The position numbers and the translations under genes were made by a program. The notes under the pieces were generated by a model. It made no database searches, had not been told where the DNA came from, and saw only the letters and a program-made list of their open reading frames with translations. From the NCBI GenBank assembly GCA_963797555.1, contig CAWCPV010000003.1, positions 864,001 to 928,000 of the forward strand: 64,000 bases of DNA, read 5' to 3'. Within the stretch, counting starts at the first letter, position 1; each line of letters begins with the position of its first letter. This document shows, one piece after another, positions 38,873-48,905 of this stretch. The DNA is from an uncultured Gammaproteobacteria bacterium (GTDB lineage Bacteria > Pseudomonadota > Gammaproteobacteria > CAWCPV01).

Positions 38873-40822
38873 CTAGTCGCCCATCCCCATATCGATGTAG
38901 CCGGTCGGGCACACGTCGGAGCAGATGTGGCACCCGATACAGCGCGTATAGTCGGTGTCCACGTAGCGACCGGTCGTCGCCTCGGTCTTCTTCACTCGGA
39001 ACACCGCATCCTGAGGGCAGAACACGACGCAGTTGTCGCATTCGAAACACATGCCGCAGCTCATGCAGCGCTTCGCCTCGGCAACCGCCTGCTCGTCGGT
39101 GTAACCGAGCATCCGCTCCTCGAAGTGGCCGATCACTTCGTCCCCCACGGGGCCGTGCTCCGCGCGCTTGTTGCGGGGCGTGTACTGGAAGTGGGCCAGG
39201 AACAGCTTGTCGGCAGGAATGATTTCGTGCGCCGCGCGGTCCTCGTAGTTGTGAACCGCGAACTTGGCCGACGATGTTCCCCATACGTTCTCGTGACTGT
39301 AACCCTCCGGTTCGAGGCCGGCCTCCCGGAGCTTGCTGAGCAGATTGAAATGGTGCACGTCCACCTTGGGGCGCTTGCTGAGTTCCTGATGTTTCATGTA
39401 GTACTCGATGCTCTCCACCGCGATGGAGGCTTGCCCGATGGCCGTAGTCAGCAGGTGCGGACGCACGATGTCCCCAGCCACGAAGTGCCCGGGCCGTCCA
39501 GGCACCTGGTAGTGCTTGTCCGCATTGATGAAGCCGCGGCCGTTGTCCAGACCTTCCAGCCCCTGACTCATGTCCCCGGACTGTCCGATGGCAGACACGA
39601 ACAGGTCGGCCTGTAGGACAAACTCCGTGCCCTGCCGCGGCACCGGGCGGTTGCCCTGCATGTCGCACTCGCACAGCCGCATCCCGATAGCCCGGCCGTT
39701 CTCGTCCTTGAGAATCTCTAGCGGCATGACACTGCCCCGGATATCCACCCCTTCCTGGATGGCGTCGTGTACCTCGTGCTCGGCAGCGGTCATCTTCTCG
39801 ATCGGGAACAGGGAGGTGAGGGTTACTTGGGCCCCCTCGCGCACCAGCGTGGCGGACACGTCATGCGCGGTGAATCCCCACACCACGTTCTCGGGGCGGT
39901 CCTTGTCACGTACGCTGGTGATATGACCGAGGCGCCGTGCCACTGACGCCACGTCGATGGAGGTATCACCGCCGCCCACCACCACCACGCGACCGGACAC
40001 GACCTGCAGCCTGCCCTCGTTGAACGCGCTCAGGAAGTCCACGCCGGAAACACAGTTCGGGGCGTCCCAGCCGGCGACCGGCAGACCCTTTCCTTTCTTG
40101 GTTCCGATCGCCCAGAGGATGGCGTCGAACTCCTGCTCCAGGGCCTCTACGCTCACGTCCTTGCCCACACGGGTGTTGGCCCGCACCTGCACACCCATGT
40201 CGATGATCCGCTGGATCTCGCCATCCAGCACGTCGCGCGGGGTCCGGTAACCCGGAATTCCGTAGCGCATCATGCCGCCCAGTCCGACGTGGTCGTCGAA
40301 GATGGTGCAGCCATGACCCTTGCGCCGCAGCTGGTAAGCAGCGGCCAAGCCCGCCGGACCACCGCCGATGATGGCCACCTTCTTGCCGGTCTCCTGAGCA
40401 GGCGCGGGAAACTTCAAACCGTTCTTCAGGGCGGTGTCACCGATGAACTGCTCCACCGCGTTGATGCCGACGTGATCCTCGACCTCGTTGCGGTTGCACC
40501 CATCCTCGCACGGCGCCGGACATACGCGCCCCATCACCCCCGGAAACGGATTCGCGTCCGTGGAGCGGCGAAACGCATATTCCTGCCAAGTTACATCCTT
40601 TGGCGGCTTCTCGATGCCACGCACGATGTCCAGCCAGCCGCGGATGTCTTCGCCGGAGGGACAGCTCCCCTGACAAGGCGGGGTGCGGTGGACATAGGTT
40701 GGGCACTTATGGGAGTAATCTCCCACGAAGATCTGCTGCTGGAAAGACTCCCAGGTATGCTGGCCGTCCCGGAACTTGCGGAACGTCAGGTCTTTCCTCA
40801 CGTCTTCAGTAGAACTTGCCAT
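38873..40822 (-). CDS. dsrL: DsrL iron-sulfur flavoprotein
   Basis: PPCQGSCP, GRVCPAPCEDGCNR, GGGPAG, and C-terminal CMSCGMCFECDNC and CIGCHICSDVCP. Confidence 0.95.
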   Translation of the reverse strand: MASSTEDVRKDLTFRKFRDGQHTWESFQQQIFVGDYSHKCPTYVHRTPPCQGSCPSGEDIRGWLDIVRGIEKPPKDVTWQEYAFRRSTDANPFPGVMGRVCPAPCEDGCNRNEVEDHVGINAVEQFIGDTALKNGLKFPAPAQETGKKVAIIGGGPAGLAAAYQLRRKGHGCTIFDDHVGLGGMMRYGIPGYRTPRDVLDGEIQRIIDMGVQVRANTRVGKDVSVEALEQEFDAILWAIGTKKGKGLPVAGWDAPNCVSGVDFLSAFNEGRLQVVSGRVVVVGGGDTSIDVASVARRLGHITSVRDKDRPENVVWGFTAHDVSATLVREGAQVTLTSLFPIEKMTAAEHEVHDAIQEGVDIRGSVMPLEILKDENGRAIGMRLCECDMQGNRPVPRQGTEFVLQADLFVSAIGQSGDMSQGLEGLDNGRGFINADKHYQVPGRPGHFVAGDIVRPHLLTTAIGQASIAVESIEYYMKHQELSKRPKVDVHHFNLLSKLREAGLEPEGYSHENVWGTSSAKFAVHNYEDRAAHEIIPADKLFLAHFQYTPRNKRAEHGPVGDEVIGHFEERMLGYTDEQAVAEAKRCMSCGMCFECDNCVVFCPQDAVFRVKKTEATTGRYVDTDYTRCIGCHICSDVCPTGYIDMGMGD

Positions 40823-40890
40823 CGTGCTCTCCTCTGCCGTTTGTCCAGGCGGACCGGACTTCGACGGTCATCCGTCACCCGCGCCCAGGG

Positions 40891-42396
40891 TCAGTGCGTC
40901 GTACCGAATTCCAGCGCGTCCCCCACCAGTTGGTGGACGCTCACGATCATGTCCATGCCGAAGCCATAATACGGCAACACCTTGGCGAACTGGCTCTTGC
41001 AGATGGCGCAGATGGCCGCCATGTGCGTCACGCCGTGGTCGTCCACGACGCGCTTGAGAGCCTCCATCCGCGGCAGGGCCCCTTTGACGCGCAGTTCCAT
41101 CAGGTCGTCCGTGAGCAGCCCGCCGCCGCCGCCGCAGCAGAAGGTCGCCTCGCCGATGGTCTCCGGCGCCATGTCGTAGAAACGCCGACAGGAGGCCTTG
41201 ATGATCTCCCGGGGGATGGTGAACTGCCCGCCAGGCATGTCACCCATGCGCGACGCGCGCGACACGTTGCACGAGTCGTGAAAAGTCAGCACCCGGTGGT
41301 CATTGGCCTCTTTATTCAATCTCAGGGCGCCCCGTTGGATCAGGTCGTAGGTGAGCTCGCAGATGTGCTGCGGGACGGGGTAGCGCTTGTCCAGGAAGTC
41401 GAACGGACCGATGAGCGTATTCCAGAAGCTGTACGCCACACGCCAGGCGTGCCCACACTCCCCCACCACGATGCGCTTGACCCCGAGATCCAGGGCCGCG
41501 TCGCGGATGCGCTGGGCCACCTTCTGCATGTTCTGATAGCTGCCGATGAAAATCCCGAAGTTTGCCGCCTCCGAGGCGTAGGAACTCAGCGTCCAGCGGA
41601 TGCCCGCTTGGTGGAACACCTTGCCATAGCCGATCAGCCCATCGACGTGAGGCTCCGCGAAGAAGTCCGCGGAAGGCGTGATGAGAAGGACTTCGGCACC
41701 TTTCTCGTCCACCGGATACCGGACGTCCGCCCCGGTACCCGTCTTGACCTCTTCCTCCAAGCCTTCCAGCGTATCCCGCAAGGCTGGCTCCGGCAGACCC
41801 AGGTTGTTCCCAATCTTGTGGACCTTGCCGATGATCTCGTTGGAGTACTTTTGTCCGATGCCGACACTGTCCAGAATCTCGCGCCCGGCCATGGTGATTT
41901 CGGCCGTGTCGATGCCGAACGGGCAGTACACCGAACAACGCCGACACTCGGAGCACTGGTGGTAGTACTTGTACCAGTCCTCCAGCACCTCCTCGGTCAG
42001 GTCCGCAGCGCCGACCAGTTTCGGGAAGTATTTGCCGCCAACGGTGAAGTAGCGCCGATAGACCTTGCGCAGCAGGTCCTGGCGTGCCACCGGCATGTTC
42101 TTGGGGTCCGCCGTCCCCAGATAGTAGTGGCACTTATCCGTGCAGGCGCCGCACTTGACACAGGAGTCCAGGAACACCTGCACCGAACGGTACTTGCCGA
42201 GGATCTCGCCCATCTTGTCGATGGCAACATCCTTCCAGTTGTCCACCAGCTTGCCTGGGAACCCGAGGGCGTCCTGGTGCTGCGGAGACGCCACAAAAGG
42301 CTTGCTGTGAGCCATCGCCCCCTCGCGAATGCGGGGGATGACCGTGACTTCCTTGAGTTCCGGCGTTTGGAACTTGTGCTGACCTGCGTGGGCCAC
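40891..42396 (-). CDS. dsrK: DsrK (HdrD-like catalytic subunit)
   Basis: CVKCGACTDKC, CSECRRCSVYCP, GECGH, HDSC, CCGGGG and CAIC motifs. Confidence 0.95.
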   Translation of the reverse strand: MAHAGQHKFQTPELKEVTVIPRIREGAMAHSKPFVASPQHQDALGFPGKLVDNWKDVAIDKMGEILGKYRSVQVFLDSCVKCGACTDKCHYYLGTADPKNMPVARQDLLRKVYRRYFTVGGKYFPKLVGAADLTEEVLEDWYKYYHQCSECRRCSVYCPFGIDTAEITMAGREILDSVGIGQKYSNEIIGKVHKIGNNLGLPEPALRDTLEGLEEEVKTGTGADVRYPVDEKGAEVLLITPSADFFAEPHVDGLIGYGKVFHQAGIRWTLSSYASEAANFGIFIGSYQNMQKVAQRIRDAALDLGVKRIVVGECGHAWRVAYSFWNTLIGPFDFLDKRYPVPQHICELTYDLIQRGALRLNKEANDHRVLTFHDSCNVSRASRMGDMPGGQFTIPREIIKASCRRFYDMAPETIGEATFCCGGGGGLLTDDLMELRVKGALPRMEALKRVVDDHGVTHMAAICAICKSQFAKVLPYYGFGMDMIVSVHQLVGDALEFGTTH

Positions 42397-42416
42397 TGGC
42401 TTACTCCTCTGTCAGG

Positions 42417-43154
42417 TCACTGACCACCAGCGCGGAGCTGCTCTGCCCACGCCGCGACGTGCCGCTTCTCTCGCGGATTGTCCACTTGGTTGCGCGTCGG
42501 ACTAAAGAACAACCCGGGTGCATGGAGCAGCTTGCTGTAAGGGAACACGATCAGGAGTGTGGCGACCAGCGCTAGGTGGATCAGCAGCATGGGATCGGCG
42601 GGCAGCCGCTGCCAATCGAAGTACATGAGCCCGAGGACAAACGCCTTCAGGCGCACGACGTCGGTGTGCCAGACGTACCTCATCAACAGCCCGCTCGCCC
42701 CGATGCCCACGAGCAGGGCCAGCATCAGGTGGTCAGAGGGTGCGGAGATGTAGCGAACACGATCGACGAGGAACCGGCGCCCCCATAACCCCAGCAGACC
42801 GAGGACCATGGCGTACGCCGCGTACTTTCCATACGGCTGCACCAGCTCAACCCAGTCCCACACCGGGTGGGTAAAATACCGCAGGTGGCGCAGCAGAACG
42901 AGCAGCAAAGCGAAATGGAAGACCCAGCCGAATAGCCACGTCCACTTGTTGCCCTTGAACAGGCTTTGGAAGAACACCACCTCGCGGAACATCCTAGCCA
43001 CGACACCGGCCCGGGTGGTAGGCGCCGGGGTCGTCGGAATCTTCAGCGGCGCTGGGATGCGTGCATACCGCTGGACGCGATATGTCAGCCCGCCGACGAG
43101 AATTGCGGTCGCCGCGTAAAAGAGCAGTGCATAAACAAACGTCAGAACCCACAT
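42417..43154 (-). CDS. dsrM: DsrM (NarI-like cytochrome b)
   Basis: PAPLKIPTTPAP, GWVFH, RHLRYF and IHL...PYSKLLHAPG motifs. Confidence 0.95.
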   Translation of the reverse strand: MWVLTFVYALLFYAATAILVGGLTYRVQRYARIPAPLKIPTTPAPTTRAGVVARMFREVVFFQSLFKGNKWTWLFGWVFHFALLLVLLRHLRYFTHPVWDWVELVQPYGKYAAYAMVLGLLGLWGRRFLVDRVRYISAPSDHLMLALLVGIGASGLLMRYVWHTDVVRLKAFVLGLMYFDWQRLPADPMLLIHLALVATLLIVFPYSKLLHAPGLFFSPTRNQVDNPREKRHVAAWAEQLRAGGQ

Positions 43155-43192
43155 GGTCCCGCAGCCTTATCCAGATGGACTGAGAAGGGGCG

Positions 43193-43216
43193 CGGGGGGC
43201 GTATTCGCGCCCCCCG
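43193..43216 (-). terminator. GC-rich hairpin immediately 3' of dsrC (partial terminator or mRNA stabiliser)
   Basis: Perfect 9-bp stem CGGGGGGCG/CGCCCCCCG with a 6-nt loop; only a weak U-tract. Confidence 0.55.
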
Positions 43217-43227
43217 ACGAATCCGAA

Positions 43228-43560
43228 TCAGACGCAACCGGTCGGCTTGGGCAGACCGGCGTACTTGCATGCCTGCTTCGCCGGACCGTACGGGAACAGC
43301 TCGTAGAGGTACTTGCTGTTGCCCTTGTCCGGCCCCAGCTTCTTGCCGATAGCCTTGGTCAGGACGCGAACAGCGGGTGCGATCTGGTATTCCTGATAGT
43401 ACTCTCGCAGGAAATTGAGCACTTCCCAATGGCTCTCGCTCAGAGGCAGGCCATCCTCTGTCGCCATCTTGTCGGCCACCTCGGGCTCCCAGTCGCTCAG
43501 GTTGGCCAGGTAACCCTCCTCGTCCGTCTCCAGCATCTTCCCGTTGACTTCAATCGCCAT
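43228..43560 (-). CDS. dsrC: DsrC sulfur carrier (canonical, CysB and CysA)
   Basis: LFPYGPAKQACKYAGLPKPTGCV. Confidence 0.97.
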   Translation of the reverse strand: MAIEVNGKMLETDEEGYLANLSDWEPEVADKMATEDGLPLSESHWEVLNFLREYYQEYQIAPAVRVLTKAIGKKLGPDKGNSKYLYELFPYGPAKQACKYAGLPKPTGCV

Positions 43561-43605
43561 GATGCCGTCTCCTCGTCGTCGCTAATAAACAGACTGTGCT
43601 ACAGT

Positions 43606-43908
43606 TCACAGCCAGGACTGGACCTTGTCGTGCTCGACCACGAGGTCCACGAACCCGCCATAATCGACGAGATGCACGCCGTCGATCACCTTGGTCTCCT
43701 CCATTCCGCGCGCCTTGAGGTCGGGTCCCAGGACATAGACCCGGTGGCGCTCCATCGCCTGCCTTATGTCACCTTCCACGACCGTCCCTTTCATGGCTGC
43801 GTACACCCCATCCTCTATGAACAGGATCGCGCTGCCGGGCTTGGCCAGCCGCAAACAGGCATCCAAGCTTCTCTTCTCGAACGGTGACTTATTTACCGTG
43901 TGCAACAT
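43606..43908 (-). CDS. dsrH: DsrH
   Basis: MLHTVNKSPF...IEDGVYAA...DLKARG. Confidence 0.95.
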   Translation of the reverse strand: MLHTVNKSPFEKRSLDACLRLAKPGSAILFIEDGVYAAMKGTVVEGDIRQAMERHRVYVLGPDLKARGMEETKVIDGVHLVDYGGFVDLVVEHDKVQSWL

Positions 43909-43924
43909 CCCAGGTCGGGCCTCC

Positions 43925-44323
43925 CTAGTAGTTCAGGATGACGTCCTGCTGTTCCAGCAAGTCAGCAAGCTGCGCGCGGCCGAGCACCTCCACCGGGACC
44001 ATCAGATCATCCTCGGTCAGGCCACGCTCCTCCAGCGACTCCTTCTCTACGTAAAGCTTCTCCACGTCATACATCTCCAAGGCTCGGTACGTGGGGGAGA
44101 AATTCTTCATGCCGGACTGGGAAGTATCCTGCCCTTTCTTGAGCTGATACACCCCGTCGTCCACGAACGCCACGCTCACGTCCTGCTCGAACGCCGCACC
44201 GATCAGCACCACCTCCAGACCCTCGAGCGCGTAGATGGTGCCGTAGGGCGCCCTGCGGTTGACGTACATGAACTTCTTGACTACACCGCCCTGCCGACCG
44301 TCGTCTTCCATCATCTCAGCCAT
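43925..44323 (-). CDS. dsrF: DsrF
   Basis: KKFMYVNRRAPYGTIYALE...DDGVYQLKKGQ. Confidence 0.93.
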   Translation of the reverse strand: MAEMMEDDGRQGGVVKKFMYVNRRAPYGTIYALEGLEVVLIGAAFEQDVSVAFVDDGVYQLKKGQDTSQSGMKNFSPTYRALEMYDVEKLYVEKESLEERGLTEDDLMVPVEVLGRAQLADLLEQQDVILNY

Positions 44324-44338
44324 CCGCTCGATGCTCCG

Positions 44339-44731
44339 TCAGTCCCCGAAGGCCACCAGACGATCCGCCTGGACGCCTGCCTCGATAAGCTGACCCAGGC
44401 CGGAGATGCGAAAGCCGGGGGCGATGTTGTCGGCATCCTTGCCGTGACGCTTCTTCTCTTCGACATCCACGATGCCACGGCGCTGGGCGGCAGCCACGCA
44501 GACCACCAGATCGAGCCCATACTTCTCGGCGAGATCCGTCCAGCGCTTCTGGATGTGCCGGTCGTCCTGGGGCGGCGTGGTGAGACGTGTGCCGTTGTTC
44601 ACACCGTCGTGGTAGAAGAACACGCGATACACCTGGTGACCCTTCTCCAACGCCGCCTTGGTGAACTGGTACGCGCTGTCGGCGGCCTGATGCGTGTAGG
44701 GCCCCTCGTTTACGAGTATGGCGAGCTTCAT
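44339..44731 (-). CDS. dsrE: DsrE sulfurtransferase
   Basis: NEGPY, VFFYHDGV and VCVAAAQRRG (active-site Cys); ATG at 44731. Confidence 0.95.
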   Translation of the reverse strand: MKLAILVNEGPYTHQAADSAYQFTKAALEKGHQVYRVFFYHDGVNNGTRLTTPPQDDRHIQKRWTDLAEKYGLDLVVCVAAAQRRGIVDVEEKKRHGKDADNIAPGFRISGLGQLIEAGVQADRLVAFGD

Positions 44732-44748
44732 GGGCGTGCGACTATCGC

Positions 44749-45825
44749 TCAGAACCGGATATGGGCCGACGCGTTCAGGCTCTTGCGCGCACCGCGCCAG
44801 TTGTCCAGATGGAACTTGGTGAACGGCAAGTCGGTAAGCTCGAAGAAGCGCGTCCAACCGATGCGATCGATCCAGTCGTTCATGCGCTCCCAGTCCTTGG
44901 CATCCTGCTGATATGCTTTGAGGATGCGCTTGACGATGGCGCTCGCTTCGGGCCAGCGCGGCGGGTTGTTGGGGATGCCGGCCGCAACCAGCTTCTGGAA
45001 CGTGGGCTTACTGCGCGCGTTCGAGTGGTTGCCCCCCACCCAAATCGCCAGCTTCGAGTGCTCCGGGTCGTTGATCTGCATGGGCGGACAAGGCGGATAG
45101 CAGGCACCGCAGCAGATACACTTCTTCTCGTCCACCTCCAGGGAAGGCTTGCCGTTCACCTGGGCCGGCCGAATCGCCGCCACCGGGCAGCGGGCCACCA
45201 CGGATGGACGCTCGCACACGTTGGCGACGAGGTCGTGGTTGATCTTGGGAGGCTTGGTGTGCTGAATGTTGATGGCGATGTCGCCCTGACCCCCGCAGTT
45301 GATCTGGCAGCAGGAGGTGGTGATGTGCACGCGGTTCGGCATTCGGCAGGTCCTAAACTCGTCGATGAGTTCGTCCATCATCGCCTTCACCACCCCGGAG
45401 GCATCGGTACCCGGGATGTCGCAGTGCAGCCAGCCCTGGGTATGCGAGATGAAAGCCACCGAATTGGCCGTACCGCCGACGGGAAAGCCTGCCTCCTCCA
45501 AGGCGTTGATAAGAGGCTCCACCTTGGAACCGTCGGCCACCATGACCTCCGGTAGGCTGCGGATGGTGAACCGCAGGTGACCCTCACCGTATTTATCCAC
45601 GATGTCGGTCAACTTGCGCAGCGTGAAAACGTCCAGGATACGCTGCGTGCCGCACTTCACCGTCCAGATCTCGTCCCCGCTGTGGGCCACGTGCCGCAGC
45701 ACGCCCGGACGGGGATGCTCGTGGTACTTCCACTGACCGTAGTTTTTCTGCATGAGCGGATGCATGTACTGGAAACCATCCGGGCATCCACTCTCGATCG
45801 GCGTCCGATGCTGAGCTTGCGCCAT
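44749..45825 (-). CDS. dsrB: Dissimilatory sulfite reductase beta subunit (oxidative type)
   Basis: HTQGWLHC, SCCQINCG and CICCGAC motifs; followed by dsrEFH, with no dsrD. Confidence 0.97.
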   Translation of the reverse strand: MAQAQHRTPIESGCPDGFQYMHPLMQKNYGQWKYHEHPRPGVLRHVAHSGDEIWTVKCGTQRILDVFTLRKLTDIVDKYGEGHLRFTIRSLPEVMVADGSKVEPLINALEEAGFPVGGTANSVAFISHTQGWLHCDIPGTDASGVVKAMMDELIDEFRTCRMPNRVHITTSCCQINCGGQGDIAINIQHTKPPKINHDLVANVCERPSVVARCPVAAIRPAQVNGKPSLEVDEKKCICCGACYPPCPPMQINDPEHSKLAIWVGGNHSNARSKPTFQKLVAAGIPNNPPRWPEASAIVKRILKAYQQDAKDWERMNDWIDRIGWTRFFELTDLPFTKFHLDNWRGARKSLNASAHIRF

Positions 45826-45934
45826 TGCTAACCTCCAAACGGGTATTGCGCAGACATTAAGCTGGCGCAGAGGGCGGTAGCATGTCCCGCCCCACGCGCC
45901 GCCCTACGATACGGCGTCTCTGCGAAGGGACCAG

Positions 45935-47206
45935 CTAGCCCGCCGCAGCGTGCTTCTGCTCGGCCCTGCGCTGGAACCACTTCTCAGCCTCCTCGTCCCA
46001 CGTGTCCAAGCGCACGTAACTGCTCTCGCGGGGATGGTTGATCATGTTCGGGTCGGGCTCGACGCCGATACCCTCGAGGAAGTTCACCAGTCCGATGCGC
46101 TCGATCATCTCGCCGCAGCGCTCGTGCTCCAAGCCGTTTTCGGCCCAGAAGTCGATGGTGCGCTCGGCGAGTTCCACCAGCTTCTGGTAATCGTCCTCGC
46201 TTTCCAGCTTCGTGAAGGGGACGATGACGGTGCCCATCATGTCGCCGATCTTCAGGGTGCGCTTGCCGCCGATGAGGATGCTTACACCCTTGTCGTCTCC
46301 CGGCGAGAGCGCCTTGGTCATGACATTCAGGCAGTGCATGCAGCGCACGCAGTTGCGGTTCTCCACGCTCAGCGTGTCGTCGTCATTCAACGACATGCAG
46401 TTCGTTGGACAGCGGGCGATGACGTTGTCGATCACGTACTTGCGGCCCTTCTTTTGGACGAAAGCCCGGACCTCGTCCTGATCCACTTTCATATCATCGC
46501 GCCAAGTGCCGATGACGGCGAAGTCCGCGCGCTCGATGGAGTTGGTGCAGTCGTTGGGACAACCGGAGACTTTGAACTTGAACTTATACGGCAGGGCCGG
46601 ACGGTGTACGTCGTCGGTGAAGTTGTTGACCAGCGTGCGGTGAATCTTCTGCTCGTTGGCGCAGGATTGCTCACAGCGAGCGGACCCCACGCAGGACATC
46701 GCGGTGCGCACGCACGGGCCAGCGCCGCCGAGGTCGAAGCCGTAGTCGTTGATCTCGTCGAAGAAGTGCTGGGTGTTCTCGGTGGTCGCGCCGATGAACA
46801 TGATGTTGCCGGTCTGACCGTGGAAAGTGACCAGCCCGGAGCCCCACTTTTCCCAGCTGTCCGCGAGCTGGCGCAGGATGGCGGTGTTGTAGAAGTTGCC
46901 GGCAGGTGGCTGAACGCGCAACGTGTGAAACTCCCTGGACTTCGGGAACTGATTGCCCACCTCCGAGAAGCGCGGAATGATGCCACCCCCATAACCATAG
47001 ACGCTGACCGTTCCCCCTTTCCAGTAACCCTTGCGAGTCTCGTAAGAGTGCTCCAACTGCCCGAGCAGGTCATTCGCCACGCCGCGAATCCGTCCATCGT
47101 CGTGGCCGTCCCGCAGACGCTTGATCCCAGAGATGAAGCTCGGCCAGGGGCCGTGCTCAAGCTCGTCCAGCATCGGGGTTTCATGCTTCTTGGTCTCTTC
47201 CGCCAT
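45935..47206 (-). CDS. dsrA: Dissimilatory sulfite reductase alpha subunit (oxidative type)
   Basis: GPWPSF, WKGG, CVGSARCE, KFKFKVSGCPNDC and CVRCMHC motifs. Confidence 0.97.
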   Translation of the reverse strand: MAEETKKHETPMLDELEHGPWPSFISGIKRLRDGHDDGRIRGVANDLLGQLEHSYETRKGYWKGGTVSVYGYGGGIIPRFSEVGNQFPKSREFHTLRVQPPAGNFYNTAILRQLADSWEKWGSGLVTFHGQTGNIMFIGATTENTQHFFDEINDYGFDLGGAGPCVRTAMSCVGSARCEQSCANEQKIHRTLVNNFTDDVHRPALPYKFKFKVSGCPNDCTNSIERADFAVIGTWRDDMKVDQDEVRAFVQKKGRKYVIDNVIARCPTNCMSLNDDDTLSVENRNCVRCMHCLNVMTKALSPGDDKGVSILIGGKRTLKIGDMMGTVIVPFTKLESEDDYQKLVELAERTIDFWAENGLEHERCGEMIERIGLVNFLEGIGVEPDPNMINHPRESSYVRLDTWDEEAEKWFQRRAEQKHAAAG

Positions 47207-47445
47207 GGCGTTCGCCTCCTGTCAATCCTCGGTTTGCACGTCGATTAATCGAGACAGATTATGTCAAGTCCGCGCGAGAGGAGAAATCTGCGACAGGCCA
47301 GACCGGCAACACCCGCCCGCCCACCGGCCGGCACGCACCACCCAGCCTTCGCTCGCGCCCACCGCAACCGCCCAACTACGCCAACTTCGCTCGCCGCGCG
47401 AGGATACTCAAGGTCATATATAGTAACGCAGCCTCGGAGCGGCGC

Positions 47446-47499
47446 ATACCCTACCGATGGGATAAGGTATTGCCGACGCCCTACCCCAAAAGAGATAGG
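47446..47499. promoter_or_regulatory. Two imperfect inverted repeats upstream of dsrA (candidate activator sites)
   Basis: ATACCCTACCGATGGGATAAGGTAT and CCTACCCCAAAAGAGATAGG, upstream of a minus-strand TACTAT -10-like hexamer near 47421-47426. Confidence 0.3.
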
Positions 47500-47837
47500 T
47501 TACTTCAGGGACTGGACAGTGTCATCCGGAACGCGACATGCCGATCCTCGGACTGAACCTCCGGACCCCTATCGAGGTCGTACACGCCACTCTTGCTCGT
47601 ACCGGGAACGCTGCGGCGGACCTGACCGCGCCTGCGCCGTTCCCGCATAGGATACCCCCACCGGGTGGGTGCCGCTGGGGGCTTGTGAATAGTTCCGCTG
47701 CAGGTCTCGATAGCGGCCTTGCGCTCGCTCCGCGCCCATCGACTGGATAGGTGTCGTCGCTGCACTCCGTGCGCCTTGCCGCCGGGCGCTGTCGCGATTT
47801 CTTCACAAGCTCTGAGACTCCCGCGGCCCGGCCAAAG

Positions 47838-48902
47838 CTAGAGACGCTCCTTGAGCCAGGCAGCGATAGCGGACGGAATCTCCTTCTGCGCCCGGCCACT
47901 CACGTAGACGCCGATATGCCCCCCCTTGAAGGGCAATGCCGTATAGTCGTCCGTCCCGACGCACGACTGCAGGGCAATGGACGACTCGGGGGGCACCAGA
48001 TGGTCCTGGGTCGCATAGACGTTGAAGATTGGCATGGTAACCTGCTGCAGATCGACTTGCCGGCCACCGATCGCCAGGTCGCCCTTAATCAACGCGTTGC
48101 GCTGGTAAAAGTCCTTAATGAACTGCCTGAACGCCTCACCGGCCTGATCGGGACTGTCGAAGATCCACTTCTCCATGCGCACGAAATTGCGCAACTTCTC
48201 GGGGTCGTCGAGCATGTCCACCAGATCGAGGTACTTTTGACCGGTAAGGCGGAATGGCTTCAAGGACAGGAACGTCCAGTTGAGCAGCTCGCCTGGGACG
48301 TTGCCTAGCGTATCCACCAGCAGATCGACATCGACGTGCTGCGCCCAGCGCCCCAAGGTGTTGTTGTCGGTGTGGAAATCGACCGGCGTCACCATGGTGA
48401 TGAGGTTGCGGACCCTCTCCGGATACAACGCGCTGAAACACAGGCTGAAGGTCCCGCCCTGGCAGATGCCTAGCACATTGAGGCGACCCACGCCGTGCTG
48501 TTCGCAGATGTGCTCGACGCAGCGCCGAATGTACCCGTTGATATAGTCGTCCAGTCCTAGATAGCGGTCCGCTAGGTCCGGATAACCCCAGTCGATAAGG
48601 TAGAGATCCAACCCCTGCTCCAAGAGGCGCCGTACCAGTGAGCGGTCCTCTTGCAGATCAGTCATGTAGGGTCGGTTTACCAAAGCGTAAACGATGAGCA
48701 CCGGCACGCGGACCGGCTGCTCCACCAGGGGGCGGAAGTGGTACAGGACGAGCTTGTCCTCGGAATACACCGGGTCTTTGGGGGTCACCCCGACGTCGAC
48801 TTGACCTAAGCCGCTGAGTGTGACTATGCCCTTGCTGAGCTTCTCCGTAAATCCGAGCAACTCCTGGCCGAGCTTGTGCGGCTGTAACGCGAAAGGAAAC
48901 AC
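47838..48902 (-). CDS. phaC: Class III PHA synthase PhaC
   Basis: YALVNRPYM.DLQ, GICQGG lipase box, MEKWIFDSPD, DHLVP and GGHIG motifs; 354 aa. Confidence 0.95.
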   Translation of the reverse strand: MFPFALQPHKLGQELLGFTEKLSKGIVTLSGLGQVDVGVTPKDPVYSEDKLVLYHFRPLVEQPVRVPVLIVYALVNRPYMTDLQEDRSLVRRLLEQGLDLYLIDWGYPDLADRYLGLDDYINGYIRRCVEHICEQHGVGRLNVLGICQGGTFSLCFSALYPERVRNLITMVTPVDFHTDNNTLGRWAQHVDVDLLVDTLGNVPGELLNWTFLSLKPFRLTGQKYLDLVDMLDDPEKLRNFVRMEKWIFDSPDQAGEAFRQFIKDFYQRNALIKGDLAIGGRQVDLQQVTMPIFNVYATQDHLVPPESSIALQSCVGTDDYTALPFKGGHIGVYVSGRAQKEIPSAIAAWLKERL

Positions 48903-48905
48903 GGG

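Noticed and set aside
17896-43597. AGACTGT-like motif near all three DsrC-family genes
   Set aside because: It is only 7 bp, with inconsistent position and orientation, so it is not distinguishable from chance.
47241-47267. Sigma70 promoter from the minus-strand TTGACA just upstream of dsrA, with the TCGATTAATCGA palindrome
   Set aside because: There is no acceptable -10 hexamer at 16-18 bp spacing, and the palindrome alone is insufficient.
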